Assembly (NCBI GenBank): GCA_949358305.1
Contig: OX442314.1
Coordinates: 31,186,001-31,250,000 of the forward strand
DNA length: 64,000 nt
Source: Strigamia acuminata
Lineage: Eukaryota
Direction of reading: 5' to 3'
The position numbers and the translations under genes were made by a program. Below are positions 61,915 through 64,000 of the stretch, piece by piece (position 1 is the first letter of the stretch; every line of letters begins with the position of its first letter). Under the pieces are notes generated by a model. The model worked only from the letters and a program-made list of their open reading frames with translations. It was not told the DNA's origin and ran no database searches.

Positions 61915-62480
61915 TGTTTTAGCGATTTCACTTTAGCGATTTCGTTTTAGCGACGCCCCGTTTTAGCATCCACGTCATTTTAGCTACACAAAAATTGCTA
62001 AAATGACGTGGACACTAATGTGGTAATCGCTAAAATGACACAATAAAGAAATGAAAAAGTAGATCTGATAAACTTTAGTGGTGCCAGTTTTAGCGAAGCC
62101 GTTTTCCAACCTAACCTAACCTGACTTGACCTAACTAACCTAACCTGACCTGACCTGACCTAACTAACCTGACCTGACCTGACCTGACCTAACTAACCTA
62201 ACCTAACTTAAACTAACGTAAACTAGCCTAAAATAATCTAAATTAACCTAACCTAACGGCATCTAAGCATCTGAAAACAGGCGTCGCTACAACGGGCGTC
62301 TCTACAGTGAACCAATCAGGGTCGCTATTCGCTAAAATGAGTCGATCGCTATTGTGTAGCGTCGCTAAAACGTAGCAATTCTTGCGTGAAAATTTCTCCA
62401 TTGTCACTAAAACGAGATTGCTACAATGGGGATTTTATTTGGAAATTCGCTAAAACGAGCGTCGCTAATAAGGAGGAAAC
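61915..62480. mobile_element. Non-autonomous palindromic element with an internal (CCTAA/CCTGA)n tract
   Basis: TTTAGCGA motifs on the left, TCGCTAAA on the right, microsatellite at 62108-62256. Confidence 0.55.
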
Positions 62481-62929
62481 CGGCACAACTTTCTACTGCT
62501 TGGTTATACTGGACTGGAGCTGTTTCTCTGGTAGAACTTGTACTGTATAGGCAAATGCTTACTGCATACTGAGATCTGCACACTGTGATTTCACTGCCTT
62601 TTTCACAAGTGTAGGAATGTGAGTCCCCACCCTTGCTAATCCTGGCAGCATCATCACTCATGCCAATTCCTATGTACAACAGAGAGCTGATGACCTACTT
62701 AGCTCCTCTTTTCCTTAATCCTTCAACTGATTGGTTCTTTGCATTCTCAGAATCAATGACTCATTACTTAGTCATCTAACATGTGTCTGAGTGTTTCAAA
62801 ACGAGGTTGACCAATCAAAATGTATTGTTGATGTGTCCCACAGAGATGCATGAACAGCCAATATTTGCTTGTGACACCGCTGATGTAATTTTATTGACCC
62901 CATATTCACATCTCAGTCCACTCATTAAT

Positions 62930-63100
62930 TTGCTGATACCCTATCTGTGTCTTAATCCGAAAATATAGACTTTCCAATAGAAATTCTGAATCATATCGCA
63001 TTCCTTTCTTCTTCCGTTCATTTTTCATGGGCATCATTTTAATAATTTGCCTCTGTGTTGATGGTAATTGTCCAATCGTTTCAGCCATGTCATGTTTTGA
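62930..63100 (-). mobile_element. P-element transposase N-terminal fragment
   Basis: KGMRYDSEFLLESLYFRIKTQIGY. Confidence 0.65.
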
Positions 63101-63689
63101 TTTTTCTTTGATATTTTTAATTTTTGAATTGAATGTAAACATGGGTCTTCTATTAGGTAATAAAAGATGTGCATCTTATGTAAATTTTTATCTAATTGAA
63201 TATGAGAGATGATGAATAAAAGAAAAATTTTATTTTTAAATTAGTATTAATAATTTTGTGTGACATTTGAAAAACACTTAAATAAAACACTTAAATTACC
63301 ACATGATTCTACAGATGGGTCATGTTTTATTTTCACATCCCCATTGCAAGAAACAGTGGTTGTGAAAGATATGTCTACAATTTAATTCACCAACTTGTTC
63401 ATTTTTCTTCATGTTAAATTGACAGACAGTAATCTTCAGTAGGCTCTACTTCTAGTAATTTTGCTTCCAATTCTTGCGGTTGATGTGGTGGTGATGGTGG
63501 TGGCTGATGGGCTGGCAGTTGATGCACTTCCTCTTCGTTTTTATCATCTAAGATGTAAATAACTACTTCAGGTTGCACAAACTGCTGCTGTTGGTTCCTC
63601 GCTGCTAATTCCATGCAGCTAGCGTCGCTAAATCCATGCAAGTTCCTTTCTTCCTTTTGATAAATCAGTCGGTAGTCCTTGGTTCCCTC

Positions 63690-64000
63690 ATCATTTGTTT
63701 CAGGTCTGCCAAATGAACTTCACGCGGCTTGCAGTTAAATTGCGACAAAAAGCTCAGTCCGTAGCTGAGATCTGGGCATGTACATGTGGCAATGTTCATC
63801 AGTTTTCCAATCATTTCCTGGTAGTGGGTTGGGTCTACTTCCTTACTGTCCTCGCAATTGTCGAATTTCTGGTTGGGATCCATTGGGGACTTCACGGCAT
63901 TGCAGTCTTGTAATCCGAATCGTTTTAATGTCTCCTCAATGTATTTTTGCTGGTGAATCATTATTCTTCCATTCCCCCATTCGACTTGAATCCCTAGGAT
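63690..64000 (-). mobile_element. pol: Ty1/Copia RT C-terminal fragment, running off the window
   Basis: LGIQV...IHQQKYIEETLKRFG...YQEMIGKLM...PDLSY...LSQF. Confidence 0.92.

Overview
AT-rich animal (probably invertebrate/arthropod) genomic DNA dominated by transposons, with one clear host gene cluster. 0.6-3.4 kb: two abutting minisatellites, a tRNA-Ser-like relic, a Gypsy RT fragment and a Tc1/mariner-type foldback MITE. 3.4-4.9 kb: a damaged spliced gene for a single-pass membrane protein. 4880-17050 (-): a very young 12.2-kb Ty3/Gypsy element with 1757-bp near-identical LTRs, AGGA TSD, tRNA-Gln PBS and -1 frameshift. It carries in-frame stops in gag and protease, unusual 5'-TA...CA-3' ends, and an integrase fused to an unknown ~330-aa CxxC-rich domain. 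19863-26458 (+): a related gag-only LTR element with the same PBS/PPT design and an intact gag. 26.6-30 kb: scrambled Thr-rich gene pieces. 30.2-41 kb: three tandem 13-exon CYP3-clan P450 genes, the third holding an intronless spacer-less SRPK kinase gene in intron 3. 42.7-58.8 kb: a mosaic of short re-used modules (PC4-like, DEG/ENaC, TRAF-MATH, P-element transposase, Gypsy, putative Maverick-type gene) around a 2-kb 21-bp satellite. 59-64 kb: degenerate gag, P-element and Copia relics. All family assignments come from motif recognition by eye; no searches were run.
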